Shown in pieces: positions 32,744-42,987 of a stretch of 49,956 nucleotides of DNA. Source of the stretch: a virus. The notes under the pieces are model-generated. The model worked only from the letters and a program-made list of their open reading frames with translations. It was not told where the DNA came from and searched no databases. A program made the position numbers and the translations under genes. Each line of letters opens with the position of its first letter. The stretch's first letter is position 1. The stretch lies in the IMG/VR virus record IMGVR_UViG_3300035698_021428; one strand, given 5' to 3'.

Positions 32744-34927
32744 ATGCAAACTATTATTCGTCAAAGTCTTTCTGAATCAGAACTCCTTGATATGGCTAGA
32801 CAAGGTTGCACAGAAGACGCTATTCAAGATGATGGTAAAAAATTAACTCATTATCAAAATTCTGGCACCAATTATGCAGAGTCTCTTGGATTAAATCCTA
32901 AACGATATGAAATCGTTGCAAATGTAATCTATCCATCAAGAAACAGTAGAAATTATTTCTTCGGTCATCATAACACTCAAGAAATACCTGATAATGCAAA
33001 ATTGTTCTTAAAAGCTTCTTACAGCCGAGAACACTATAATGATAAATCAAAAGAAACAGTTCACAGATCTAAACTTTTGTTGAAAAACTTTTGTTTCAAG
33101 CATATCCAGCGACCACGGCATGACGGGTATAACTACGTTAGTCTAGACAAACAAAAATTTATTGCATGCGGAACCATTGAAATCGATGGCAAAGATATAC
33201 TCCTTCAAGGCGATTTTTCATTCTTCGTTGAAGCATTCGGCGTAACTCTAACCAAAGAACTTAAGCTTGACTGGGGCCAAGACAGTTCTCCAATGTTCGA
33301 TGATCTCCCCGCAACTATTTCCTGTATTAGTTATCTAAACGCTTGCTCTGGTCCCTATGGCTACTATGAAGAAAAACGGGATAGAAATAATTCTCAGTTC
33401 AATTTTGATTCCAGTGGCATATATGCCCTTGTTAGTAATTTCGGGTCTGACAAAACTATTATCAGCAATTTTCTTCATGGAATTCTTGCTGCAGGAATCG
33501 TTCCTCAAGCTATAGAGCCCAAAGGAATCTCCAAGATCTATAATAAAATCAGTGAGTATGCCGAATCATTGATGAAGACAGACCCGTATGCGGCATGTTG
33601 TTATCGACAGATTGCTAGGGAAGCAAAACGAACAATCAATAGCGTTAAGGTATCAGTTGTCTATAATGAACTTTTCGCTGGCGTTGACTCGGCAGAAACT
33701 CTCAAGTCTGTTCTTGAACCGTTTGAAGAATCGATGAGCGACCCAAGCAAATACAATGCGTTTGAGAATGCTCTTTCTGGTCTAGGAGCATTCAAGGATC
33801 GTCGTCGTAAAGCTCTAAAAAGTCAAGGGAACAGGGCTCTAACGAAAATCATGGAAGAGAAAGAATCTCTGACCTTTGATTTGAAAAAACACAAACGTCT
33901 TAATAAAGCTATTGAAGCTGGTGACATTCCCATCGGAACATTTTTCCGCAAAAAAGAACAGTTCTTTATTCTCAATGACAACTGGGATCTTTGGGAAAAG
34001 ATGCTCGCGCTCGATTACGATGTTACTGTCAAATTAGCTCAGGAAGTTTCTCGCAGGTCAACCTACGAGAAGGATCTGATGTCCTACTTCTATTTCGTAT
34101 TGGTCGATCTGCCAGCATACCTCAAGAAGCATACAGGATACAAATGGTCATGTATGCCAAGACTGGTTGACAGCGAAAGAGAACTCGAAGCGCCCAAAGT
34201 TGATGAGACAGGAACCGCTCGTTCTCGCTCTGCTCTAACGCCGATCGTTGACAACGATGCTAAAACCGTAACGGTTCCCTATGCGTCTCTCGCGATCGCC
34301 GGACGACAGACAACATATTGCTACAGTCATACCTATATGGCGATTCGCAAAGGTCTCATGTTCAATGGCAACGTCTCCACAGAAGATCTGGGAGAAAAGC
34401 TTAATGGTCGAGACGACTATGGGCTCATGTTCTATACATTGACTGGATCTTTCCAAGGTAGAGGATACCCGACATTTCTTATTATCTTCGAACGTCATTC
34501 TAAAAATGGCAGTAAAGATACAACTGTCCACTTTCATCGGGTTCATCCCAGCCGTTCCAAAGATGGCGACTATAACCCTATTCATAACTGGATTCGGGTC
34601 TGTTATAATTGGATGGCTGGCAATATCAACGCCAAGCGAATTAGGGCGCAGCAAGGCGATTTGTTCTTTGTTTCGACAGACAAGACTCCTGAGTTCGATA
34701 CTCGCGTTATGCAGTATGACAATCACAGGTTTGATAAGCCTGTTGGTTTCTCTCCATACGAAGGCAAGGATAAGAACATCCTTGGCTATATGAAGCTTGA
34801 CGAACCACTGACGCTAAACCATCACGAGCATGATAACGAGAATGTTCCTGCTGGGATCTTCGAGGTACGGCAATGCCGTAGCTGGGAAGCCAACCCCAAG
34901 GGCATTTGGACGATTAATATCGATTGA
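32744..34927 (+). CDS. large uncharacterised protein (727 aa) immediately downstream of the PARP
   Basis: AGGAAA RBS. 14-nt gap after the PARP stop. No PARG (GGG..QEE), macro or other motif recognised by eye. Confidence 0.7.
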   Translation: MQTIIRQSLSESELLDMARQGCTEDAIQDDGKKLTHYQNSGTNYAESLGLNPKRYEIVANVIYPSRNSRNYFFGHHNTQEIPDNAKLFLKASYSREHYNDKSKETVHRSKLLLKNFCFKHIQRPRHDGYNYVSLDKQKFIACGTIEIDGKDILLQGDFSFFVEAFGVTLTKELKLDWGQDSSPMFDDLPATISCISYLNACSGPYGYYEEKRDRNNSQFNFDSSGIYALVSNFGSDKTIISNFLHGILAAGIVPQAIEPKGISKIYNKISEYAESLMKTDPYAACCYRQIAREAKRTINSVKVSVVYNELFAGVDSAETLKSVLEPFEESMSDPSKYNAFENALSGLGAFKDRRRKALKSQGNRALTKIMEEKESLTFDLKKHKRLNKAIEAGDIPIGTFFRKKEQFFILNDNWDLWEKMLALDYDVTVKLAQEVSRRSTYEKDLMSYFYFVLVDLPAYLKKHTGYKWSCMPRLVDSERELEAPKVDETGTARSRSALTPIVDNDAKTVTVPYASLAIAGRQTTYCYSHTYMAIRKGLMFNGNVSTEDLGEKLNGRDDYGLMFYTLTGSFQGRGYPTFLIIFERHSKNGSKDTTVHFHRVHPSRSKDGDYNPIHNWIRVCYNWMAGNINAKRIRAQQGDLFFVSTDKTPEFDTRVMQYDNHRFDKPVGFSPYEGKDKNILGYMKLDEPLTLNHHEHDNENVPAGIFEVRQCRSWEANPKGIWTINID

Positions 34928-34958
34928 CATGGGGTCGCTGAAAAGTAGCAAGCGACCA

Positions 34959-34988
34959 ACGAAAGAGGTACTTATACGAAAGAGGTAC
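34959..34988 (+). repeat. 13-nt direct repeat ACGAAAGAGGTAC x2 (34959-34971, 34976-34988)
   Basis: Exact duplication separated by TTAT, ending 5 nt before ATG 34994. Each copy contains an AGAGG SD-like core. Confidence 0.7.
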
Positions 34989-34993
34989 ACACC

Positions 34994-35386
34994 ATGAATG
35001 GCGCAAAAGAATTTGATCAGACAATTGGAGCAGAAGGACACCGTATTCCTCGCAACGCAACGATGCTTTCCCAGCAGTTGACGAATATGGGATTCAAAAA
35101 AGTCAGGGCGCAGTGGACTGTTAAGTTCACAGCCGAGGCTCCTGACGGATCTGGCCGTTTAACCAAGAGCATCGTCGGAACGGTTGATAAACAGGTGCAT
35201 GGCAACGGTCCTCGTGCAATCGGTGGAAATGGCCAAACAGGTTTGTCTTCTGCTATCGCCAATTCAACAGGCGGAGGGAATGTATCAGCAGTTCCCAAAT
35301 CCGCTGCTAGTTCAGCAACTACTACCGCCCCTGTTCTTCCCAGCGCATTCGGCAGAGGCGGGATCGATAGAGGTTGTGGCGACTGA
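34994..35386 (+). CDS. hypothetical protein with Gly/Ser/Ala-rich C-terminal half (130 aa)
   Basis: ORF track. Confidence 0.5.
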   Translation: MNGAKEFDQTIGAEGHRIPRNATMLSQQLTNMGFKKVRAQWTVKFTAEAPDGSGRLTKSIVGTVDKQVHGNGPRAIGGNGQTGLSSAIANSTGGGNVSAVPKSAASSATTTAPVLPSAFGRGGIDRGCGD

Positions 35387-35417
35387 TTTCAAATAAATAA
35401 TTCCTTTCTGAAATTAG

Positions 35418-35443
35418 CCCCTGGTCTCCGGATCAGGGGTTTT
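35418..35443 (+). terminator. rho-independent terminator
   Basis: cccctggtc-tccg-gatcagggg followed by TTTT. Confidence 0.85.
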
Positions 35444-35513
35444 CTTATAATTTAATAACAAATTCAATCTAATAATCTAAAGGGAGACATGGTATTAAAG
35501 AGTAATACAAGGT

Positions 35514-38157
35514 ATGAGTATTCCACAAAATGCAGATCTTTCCATAGTATCTCAAGCTGAAGCCGATCGCCACAAGATGGTTACAGATAATAATGAAGTT
35601 GGAGGAACAAGGGCATTTGTTTCAAATCCTGATTCAAATTTCTCATTTTCTCATCCGAAGGTTCTTCAGCTTGGAAATACCACATCAAATAAAGACGCTG
35701 TTCTTGCGTATCGAATTCTAGTAGTAGAATCAGGCGGGAAAGCAAAGACCCCAGATTTTAATTGGCATTCTGGTATATTTTCTACAGGAGAAAATCTTCG
35801 GGTAACTCATAACGGATCATATTATTACCAGTTTAGAACAATGTGGGATGTTGGCACAAGCGGAAGCTTACCAGAAGGAACAAGTATTATTGAGCTTCTT
35901 GAAATGTATTCCACTGCTGAATCAGCAATTGCTTCAACGCAAAAAAATTGCTTTTTATATTCAAAAAAGCAGCGGCGTAAATCACTTAGTCTGCAAGCTT
36001 GCTGATCCTAATATAGGATACGAAGATCCCACAGAACTATTGCAAAATGGTGTTTGGTATGATATAAGAATGAAATATAAGCCAGAAACAGGAAGCTCAG
36101 CAGATGGAATTTTGCTTGTAGAACAAAAACTTGCGACAGCTAGCTCATGGACTACTTTGATAAATGTAACAAATCATACTCAGAATGCTGATATAATGTG
36201 GGTAGAATATCAGCACAAGGCCTCAAGCGGATTGTCTCCAGGCATAACATCTTCTAAAACCTGGATTGCTTCTAGTTATCAAAGATTAGATAGTTTTGAG
36301 GCTGACGATTATGAATATAATAGATTTAGAACGTCAACGTGCCTGGACGTATCTTCGTCTATAGCTAAAATTAGAGTTCACTGCGATGATGAAACAATTG
36401 ATACATCTTCTGGAGGGTTTATTGTTCAATACGGAACAAATTCGACTTTATCATCAGGTGTTATTGATTCATCCTATACAGCTTTTAGCGCTAGAACCCA
36501 TGACTGCGCTACCGTATCTCTAACTTCATTATCTGCTGATACAAGATATTATTACAGGTTAAAATTTCAAGATGACGAAAGTTCTCCTACCGATACTTAT
36601 ACTGTGCCAGAAATACGGTCATTCAAAACTCTAGCAACTACTACTGGCGGAACTCGAAAAATACTAATTGGAGGATGTAAGGGGCACGCAGGATGGAGAG
36701 GCGGCAATGCTGCTTTCGATCACTTAATAGCTGCTGAAGGCACTCCTGACATGATAATATTCAATGGAGACATGATATATGATACAGACCTAACGCAATT
36801 GGGTTCAGGAAATAGCGACTATGAACTATGGGACTTAACTGAGGATAATTATTCATCAGCTTATAGACTTTCATTTGGAGAATATGATTTCGCAAAAATA
36901 CTTTCTGAATGCGCTTTCTTTGGGATGTGCGAAGATCATGAATTCTTTAATTCATGTGATGGTAATATGCGAGGGCAAGCAGTCAATATGGGATTAGCAG
37001 TTGATAATGCTGGAACAGCATATCCTACTTCTCATATGAATACAACATATCTAAACGGAGGCGGCGCGCCAGTTACAGCCGATGGTATATTCACCATAGC
37101 CACTGATGTTATGGCGTCATGGTGGGGAAACGGAACAATAAACGCAGCCGACTCTGGTTCAGGACGAGATTATTATCGTTCGTTTGAGCATGGTAATGTA
37201 TTAGTTCTTATGTTAGATACCAGAACACGAAGCACTGCAACTAGCCTAATTACATCAGCACAAGAGACATGGATTCAAACAACTATAGCAGCTTCGGACG
37301 CCAAATATATTGTTATTAGTAGCCCCGCTTCATGGGGAGATTATCTTATCAATATAAGTCCAGCCGAGGCATGGGGAAGCAATGCAAATCTCAGAGCGCA
37401 ACGTGCTAGTATATTTAACTGGATAAAAAACAATGCTTCTGATAAAGTAGTTTATCTTATAGGCGGAGATAGGCATACTCCTTATGTTGCGTATCCTAGC
37501 GATTTAACCGGACCAGATGGTCCTCTCAAAAGAATTGCAATGGCATCGCCATTTAACCAAGATAACAATTTCAACACAAGCGCTATTACCGCAATGGCAT
37601 CTGACCCATCAGTCGTATCAGTTATAAGTACCGATGATTATACTGGCTTATCAATGGTCAGAACTTCTGGTTTATTAGTAGAAATTGACGAAGCAACGGA
37701 TACCGTTCGATTAGTTATGTATGATGATAATGGAAATAAATTGATAGATGAAAGCGACTCCTATGCATTATCAACCGAAACCAGTAATGAAATATCAAGG
37801 GCCATATCTATAACAACGGCTCCTACGCACATACCTTCTCCGACCTTTTCTCTAGCAGGAACAAGCTATGCAACAAGATTTATTGATCCGAACATAGAAG
37901 CTATGATAACAAAGCAAAATCTAAATGCGCCTGTTAGCGTTTCCTTTGAATCAGTAACTAATGATTATGAAATCCGCTATACCACAAATAGCAATAGAAA
38001 TCCAACAAGCAAGAGTATTCTATATTCTGGTCCTTTGAGCATAAGTAGAAACTTGACTGGCGTTGATAATACTGTTGTTAAAGCCAGGATATTCCACAAA
38101 AATAATCCTGGAATTCATAGCCGTATAACTAAGTTAGAATTCAACGTAATTATGTGA
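35514..38157 (+). CDS. LamG-like plus PhoD-like metallophosphatase (alkaline phosphatase D family) fusion, ~880 aa, read across a +1 frameshift at an A7 run (35941-35947)
   Basis: Track ORFs 35514..36005 and 35848..38157 overlap. Removing one A gives '...AIASTQKIAFYIQKSSGVNHLVCKLAD'. PhoD_N-like 'LSADTRYYYRLKF'. Metallophosphatase motifs 'FNGDMIYD' and 'GMCEDHEFFN'. Confidence 0.7.
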
Positions 38158-38916
38158 TCATAGTCCGGTTTTTGGATTTGGAGATTTTCCTTTTAGCCGT
38201 TTGTAGCATGGTAAATATTTATGGACTTCAATGTTTTCCCAGTTATTTCGAGAGTTCCAAAAATGGACTCCGTATGTTCCTGATTTGATATTGAACTGGT
38301 TATCAATAATATTCCCAATGTCATGCGGATGAAATGTTAGCACAGAATCCATAGCTATGTTTCCAAAATATTTTTGAACCGTATCTGACCATCGGTAAGG
38401 GCCGGTGGTCCATAAGCCCAATAATATTTGCGCAGCTTTCTGTCTTTTTTCTGGCATATCATTCTTACTGCAATAGCCATCTTTATACCTGAGTCTATCG
38501 AATGATTCTCTGATGTTATCAAAGTGTTGTTTAATAAGTGGGTGACCGGGAACTATCCCTATAACATCATTATTCAGGCACTTTTTGTTTGAATAACCAA
38601 GTTGTTTTGCGAAATAATATTCTCTGTTAGCAACAAGTTTATCAATGGGTTTTACCATCATGATATCTACATCTATGTAGACTCCTCCGTATTTTTCTAG
38701 GATCTCATATCGTAAAATATCTGCTTTGAATTGAGGATATTCGAAATAATCATAAATATCAGGTATGCGATTTTTAGGTATATTACTTTCATCCCACCAT
38801 TTGTATTCCCAGTCAGGATGCAATTCTTTCAAGTGTTGAATAAAAAACTTGAATGGCTCCGGTATATGACGTTTGCCAATCCATATCTGATGAATAATTT
38901 TAGGTATCTCTGACAT
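38158..38916 (-). CDS. DXD-motif glycosyltransferase (Gly_transf_sug / OCH1-like), 252 aa
   Basis: 'IPKIIHQIWIGKRHIPEPF' and 'YGGVYIDVDI'. Confidence 0.8.
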   Translation of the reverse strand: MSEIPKIIHQIWIGKRHIPEPFKFFIQHLKELHPDWEYKWWDESNIPKNRIPDIYDYFEYPQFKADILRYEILEKYGGVYIDVDIMMVKPIDKLVANREYYFAKQLGYSNKKCLNNDVIGIVPGHPLIKQHFDNIRESFDRLRYKDGYCSKNDMPEKRQKAAQILLGLWTTGPYRWSDTVQKYFGNIAMDSVLTFHPHDIGNIIDNQFNIKSGTYGVHFWNSRNNWENIEVHKYLPCYKRLKGKSPNPKTGL

Positions 38917-39628
38917 AACAGGGTAGTTCCTTATAGAGATCGTAAAGTTCTTCTTCTGGTTTTAAATAATGCATTAGATGGAAAGCATAAGACTCTTTAG
39001 GTATGTCTTGTATTCTCTTTATATTCTTTGTTCTTTTAGAACATAAAATCATCTTGTAACCTGGGGCGGCTATACTATTGTACTCATCTTGATAAAGACG
39101 GTTTAGCATTAGTACGCCTGTTGTTTTAAGACCAAGACGCCATTCTGCATTTAGTCGAGCTTTGCGATCTTTTATTTCTCTCCAATGAAAATCAGGATCG
39201 CCTTCTCGACACTCATCAAATGACCGACGCATCTCTTTCCATATCGAAGAAAAAATACGATGTTTCGATTTAACTGCCATAAAGCAGTTGCTAACACATC
39301 TTTTTGTTTGCGAACTATCTTGCTTGCATAACATGCATTTTGTGTTCCATACCAATGAATCAAATGGTTTCAAAGAAAACAGGTCAAAATCAAAATATAT
39401 ACCTCCGTACTTCTCTAGAATACCATAACGTAACATATCTGTTTTGAATATAGGATTGTCAAAATGGTTATAGATGTCTTGGTGCGGCGTCTTGGGGCAG
39501 TTTTTATCGTCCCACAAGGTATATGACCAATCTTCGTGCATCTCTCTTGTATGCTTCGAAAAATACTGAAAAGGTTCTGGTATATTTTCTCCCAACCAGA
39601 TTTGGTGCAAATTTCGTTCTATCTTCAT
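38900..39628 (-). CDS. paralogous DXD-motif glycosyltransferase, 242 aa
   Basis: 'NLHQIWLGENIPEPF' and 'YGGIYFDFDL'. Overlaps its paralog by 17 nt. Confidence 0.8.
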   Translation of the reverse strand: MKIERNLHQIWLGENIPEPFQYFSKHTREMHEDWSYTLWDDKNCPKTPHQDIYNHFDNPIFKTDMLRYGILEKYGGIYFDFDLFSLKPFDSLVWNTKCMLCKQDSSQTKRCVSNCFMAVKSKHRIFSSIWKEMRRSFDECREGDPDFHWREIKDRKARLNAEWRLGLKTTGVLMLNRLYQDEYNSIAAPGYKMILCSKRTKNIKRIQDIPKESYAFHLMHYLKPEEELYDLYKELPCYVRDT

Positions 39629-39748
39629 ACACTCTTATCGGCAAAGGAATTCGATCTCTTTAATCAGTAAAAGCTTTTATGTACATGGCGGGCAATTCAT
39701 CTAAGAAACAAAAACATAACTGGCTCGTCTCACAGGAAAGAGGTCGTT

Positions 39749-40579
39749 ATGCTCAGCGCATTTGTAGCAGCGACGGTCATACTGAGTTTATTCTTAGGAG
39801 GCTGTGTAAATCACAATAATAGAGTAGGGGTTGAAATACTAAACCCCCAGCAACTTGTTACTAGCGAACAAGAAATCTATTATTTGAGAACAAGAATTGT
39901 TGTAGAGGTCATGGGCGATGCAAACGCAAGATCTTACAGTAAAATTGTTGAAGATATTTGGTATGCGGAAAGTATCTTCGAACCGCTAGGTATCAAACTT
40001 GTTATCGTTGAAATAGCTATCGCCTTACCTAACCAATCATGGGACGGGTACAGAGATAGCGATGCTAATAAATACGAAAACACAATGTCAATTTATTATA
40101 TATTCAGCAAACCAACAATGCGGCGAGGGCCAGATATTGTAGGTATGGCAATGTTTCCGTGGTTTGAAAATCCACATGGTATTTTTATGCATGGGCCTTC
40201 CGTTGATAAAACAACTCTTTCTCACGAAATGGGTCATTACTTTGGCTTGTACCACACTTTTGGCGGCGGAGATCAGAAAGATGATTTCGTGGAAGATACT
40301 CTTACAAAAGAACAATATGCCGAAGAGACAGAAGGCAAAAAGCCGTATAATAGCTATAACAATATAATGAATTATCACTGGTTTAAAGGTAGGTCATTTA
40401 TAACAGAAGGTCAAGTCAACAGAATGAAACACTTTCTATTAACAGATAGAAAAAATATCATTATAGAAGATGTGGGAAGAACATTTCCTCCTGTTAGTAA
40501 AAGAGTAGAATCAACAAAAATAGTAGAAGATTTAAAGGAGATCAAAGATGCAGATGAGAGTATGGAAGTTAGGGAATGA
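39749..40579 (+). CDS. M43 (pappalysin/cytophagalysin-like) zinc metalloprotease, probable lipoprotein (276 aa)
   Basis: Lipobox-like 'LSLFLGGC'. Zinc site 'HEMGHYFGLYHTF' (HExxHxxGxxH). Confidence 0.85.
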   Translation: MLSAFVAATVILSLFLGGCVNHNNRVGVEILNPQQLVTSEQEIYYLRTRIVVEVMGDANARSYSKIVEDIWYAESIFEPLGIKLVIVEIAIALPNQSWDGYRDSDANKYENTMSIYYIFSKPTMRRGPDIVGMAMFPWFENPHGIFMHGPSVDKTTLSHEMGHYFGLYHTFGGGDQKDDFVEDTLTKEQYAEETEGKKPYNSYNNIMNYHWFKGRSFITEGQVNRMKHFLLTDRKNIIIEDVGRTFPPVSKRVESTKIVEDLKEIKDADESMEVRE

Positions 40580-40874
40580 AGGCGTGCCAGCGGAAGAATC
40601 CGATGTACCAAAATTTAAGAAAGTTTTAGAAGAAGCTCTCAAAAATCCGTCAAGCGATGGCAATATTGATATTGTATGGAAAGGAGAAGTCAGTTTACAC
40701 GAAAGCATGATACACAATGCTTCTACTTCTCAAACATTCGGCGGAGGGATCATTTCAAGCCCTGCGAGTATTGCCGTGCAGGGAGTAACATTCTCAGGTT
40801 TAAATACGCCAACACAAGAAAATACTACAAGTGAAAAACCAAAGCCTAAACTACGGATGGCAAACGAAGGCTAA
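40548..40874 (+). CDS. hypothetical protein (108 aa)
   Basis: AAGGAG RBS. Overlaps the protease 3' end. Confidence 0.5.
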   Translation: MQMRVWKLGNEGVPAEESDVPKFKKVLEEALKNPSSDGNIDIVWKGEVSLHESMIHNASTSQTFGGGIISSPASIAVQGVTFSGLNTPTQENTTSEKPKPKLRMANEG

Positions 40875-40894
40875 CAACGATTGGAATTGAAGCA

Positions 40895-41428
40895 ATGGAC
40901 TGGCTTACAGCAGATCTGCATTTGGGTCATGCGAACATTATCAAATTTTGCAAACGACCATTTCGTAATGTCGGAGAAATGGATCAAGCTATAATTAATA
41001 ACATCAACGAGAAGGTTGGCAAAGATGATCGTCTAATTGTTCTCGGAGATTTTTCTATGGGCAAAGAAAGGCCTCAATATATCAGGAGAATCAACTGCGA
41101 TAATATTTGGTTGATTACAGGAAATCACGACAAACGGCCAGGCACAAGCGATGGGTTCACAAGAGTAGAAGTCTATCACGAAGAAAAGTTTCAACTATCA
41201 GACGGAACCCATAAAGATATTGTTCTTTTTCATTATCCGATTTTAGAATGGAACAAATGGCACAGAGGTTCGTGGCACCTGTTCGGACACGTTCATCGAG
41301 GACGAAACAAGCAATACAAAGAAGAACTCGCGCTTGATGTCGGAGTCGATAATCATAACTACGAACCCTTGTGTATCGCTGATATTGAAAAAATTATGTC
41401 CAAGAAAAAAGTGGAAAAGCCCTTATGA
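40895..41428 (+). CDS. calcineurin-like metallophosphoesterase (177 aa)
   Basis: 'DLHLGH', 'VLGDFS', 'GNHD' and 'GHVH' motifs in the canonical order. Confidence 0.85.
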   Translation: MDWLTADLHLGHANIIKFCKRPFRNVGEMDQAIINNINEKVGKDDRLIVLGDFSMGKERPQYIRRINCDNIWLITGNHDKRPGTSDGFTRVEVYHEEKFQLSDGTHKDIVLFHYPILEWNKWHRGSWHLFGHVHRGRNKQYKEELALDVGVDNHNYEPLCIADIEKIMSKKKVEKPL

Positions 41429-41549
41429 AAAATGGGCAAAGCAAAATGATCTTTGGGTCACCGATGAAAAAATTGAAGACCGATCTATAACTGAAGGTTA
41501 CGGAGAATCTTAGCTTGCTGGTGAATACAGATGCTTATACAGTGTAGGC

Positions 41550-42167
41550 ATGACTGTAGTCCCCCTGCTTGATATCGCTTTGACCGATTTTTGTATAGAA
41601 CGCCTCTTCGATCCCAAGAAGGCTGGTACAACTATTCTGTCTTATACTCCATTAGAGTTTACGATGGAGATCCAGGTCCATTGGGGTGAAGCTTTTTGGC
41701 GTGAGCAAGAAGGCTATGCCCCATTTTGCAAGTTGGTTTTCATGAGAAACTGGATCGATTCTGTTCGAGCAGGGGCCGTCCCTATTACTCGCGAAAATCA
41801 ACATCTTGTCAAAAGCGGATATCTAGCAAGAACCGGCAAAGAATTACCTGTACTTACGCAGTGGATTGAGTGTTCCGAGGCTCCAAGAGCAGAGTATCTT
41901 GTCCTCGTATTGTATTCAAAAGAACAAATTGAACAGGAATCCAAAGACCAAGGCCAAGAAATTGAATTTGAAGCTGATTGGGGAGTTGTTGCTGTTTTAG
42001 GGCAGGTTTCAGATTCAGAAGAGCCTATGGCTCCTATAACAATGATGAGGAATGCTCTGGGGACGGCTGAGGGCGGCTCTGGATACCCTTTAGACAGAGA
42101 AGCGTATCAGAGATCGGCTGATTTCTGGGGCTCTCACGCTGTCGTAAAAACGCCACTGACCACTTAG
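41550..42167 (+). CDS. conserved hypothetical protein (205 aa)
   Basis: ORF track. 'PMAPITMMRNALGTAEGGSGYPLD' looks like a conserved family signature that I cannot name with confidence. Ends in TAG. Confidence 0.6.
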   Translation: MTVVPLLDIALTDFCIERLFDPKKAGTTILSYTPLEFTMEIQVHWGEAFWREQEGYAPFCKLVFMRNWIDSVRAGAVPITRENQHLVKSGYLARTGKELPVLTQWIECSEAPRAEYLVLVLYSKEQIEQESKDQGQEIEFEADWGVVAVLGQVSDSEEPMAPITMMRNALGTAEGGSGYPLDREAYQRSADFWGSHAVVKTPLTT

Positions 42168-42233
42168 CGGGTGAAACATGGTTGCAAACAGGGAAACAGT
42201 TGTTTTTAGGCAATAGCCAGTTGAGAAGAACAT

Positions 42234-42629
42234 ATGTCCGAATCAAAATGTAATATGTCGAAACCATGCAATGATTGTCCATTTCGACAAGATTCGACAA
42301 AAGGCTGGTTGGGGGCTTATTCGCCAGAAGAAGTCATTTCTGTAATTTCAAACGACCAGCCTTTCTATTGTCATGTTGATGTTCAGAATCGTCACGGGTA
42401 TGAAAAAGATGATTGGCAAGAATGGGCTGAAAATCATGGGGAACAATGCGCTGGAGCAATGATCTTCGCCAACAATATTTGTAAACTTAGTCGAGACCCG
42501 ATGAAAATGGCAGCGCAACAAAAACTTGGAAGAGATAAGGATACGGTCTTTAGTACGCCGCAACAGTTTATTGAGCATCACTCAGTAACGATCGACGGCA
42601 AAAGAAGAAAGCAAAGAATGGCAGACTAA
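42234..42629 (+). CDS. hypothetical Cys-rich protein (131 aa)
   Basis: ORF track. 'CNDCPFR'. Confidence 0.55.
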   Translation: MSESKCNMSKPCNDCPFRQDSTKGWLGAYSPEEVISVISNDQPFYCHVDVQNRHGYEKDDWQEWAENHGEQCAGAMIFANNICKLSRDPMKMAAQQKLGRDKDTVFSTPQQFIEHHSVTIDGKRRKQRMAD

Positions 42630-42648
42630 TCCGCATTAGTTTTTATTA

Positions 42649-42720
42649 GCTTCGTTAGCTCAATGGTAGAGCAATAGTTTCTAAAACTACAGGTTGTCGG
42701 TTCGAGTCCGACACGAGGCA
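42649..42720 (+). tRNA. suppressor tRNA, anticodon CUA (reads UAG); body resembles tRNA-Lys
   Basis: Acceptor gcttcgt/acgaggc. D arm gctc-aatggta-gagc. Anticodon arm atagt-ttCTAaa-actac (anticodon 42681-42683, A27-C43 mismatch). T arm gtcgg-ttcgagt-ccgac. A73. Confidence 0.75.
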
Positions 42721-42775
42721 TTGAAAGGGTTGAATTAAATGGATGGTCTTAACCGATTATAGCTAGGAGATAATC

Positions 42776-42982
42776 ATGTGTAGTAGAAATTGCAGAAGTT
42801 TGACAGTTGGAGAACAGGTTAGAGCCAAGCTTGGTACTATGTCTAGTAGAGAAGCAATGCGTCTCAATATAGACCATCGAGCGGGCCGTATCTGTGATAA
42901 AGATGTTCGAGATTCATTTGCTCTGCGAGACATTCGAAGCATTAATAACGGGACTCATCCAAGCCGTCGCAAGAATAGGTAA
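42776..42982 (+). CDS. hypothetical basic protein (68 aa)
   Basis: AGGAGA RBS plus ATG. Confidence 0.5.
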   Translation: MCSRNCRSLTVGEQVRAKLGTMSSREAMRLNIDHRAGRICDKDVRDSFALRDIRSINNGTHPSRRKNR

Positions 42983-42987
42983 TAATT

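Noticed and set aside
32744-34927. PARG, macrodomain or ARH eraser function for the PARP-adjacent 727-aa protein
   Set aside because: None of the signature motifs (for example GGG-X6-8-QEE) could be found by eye. Function left unknown.
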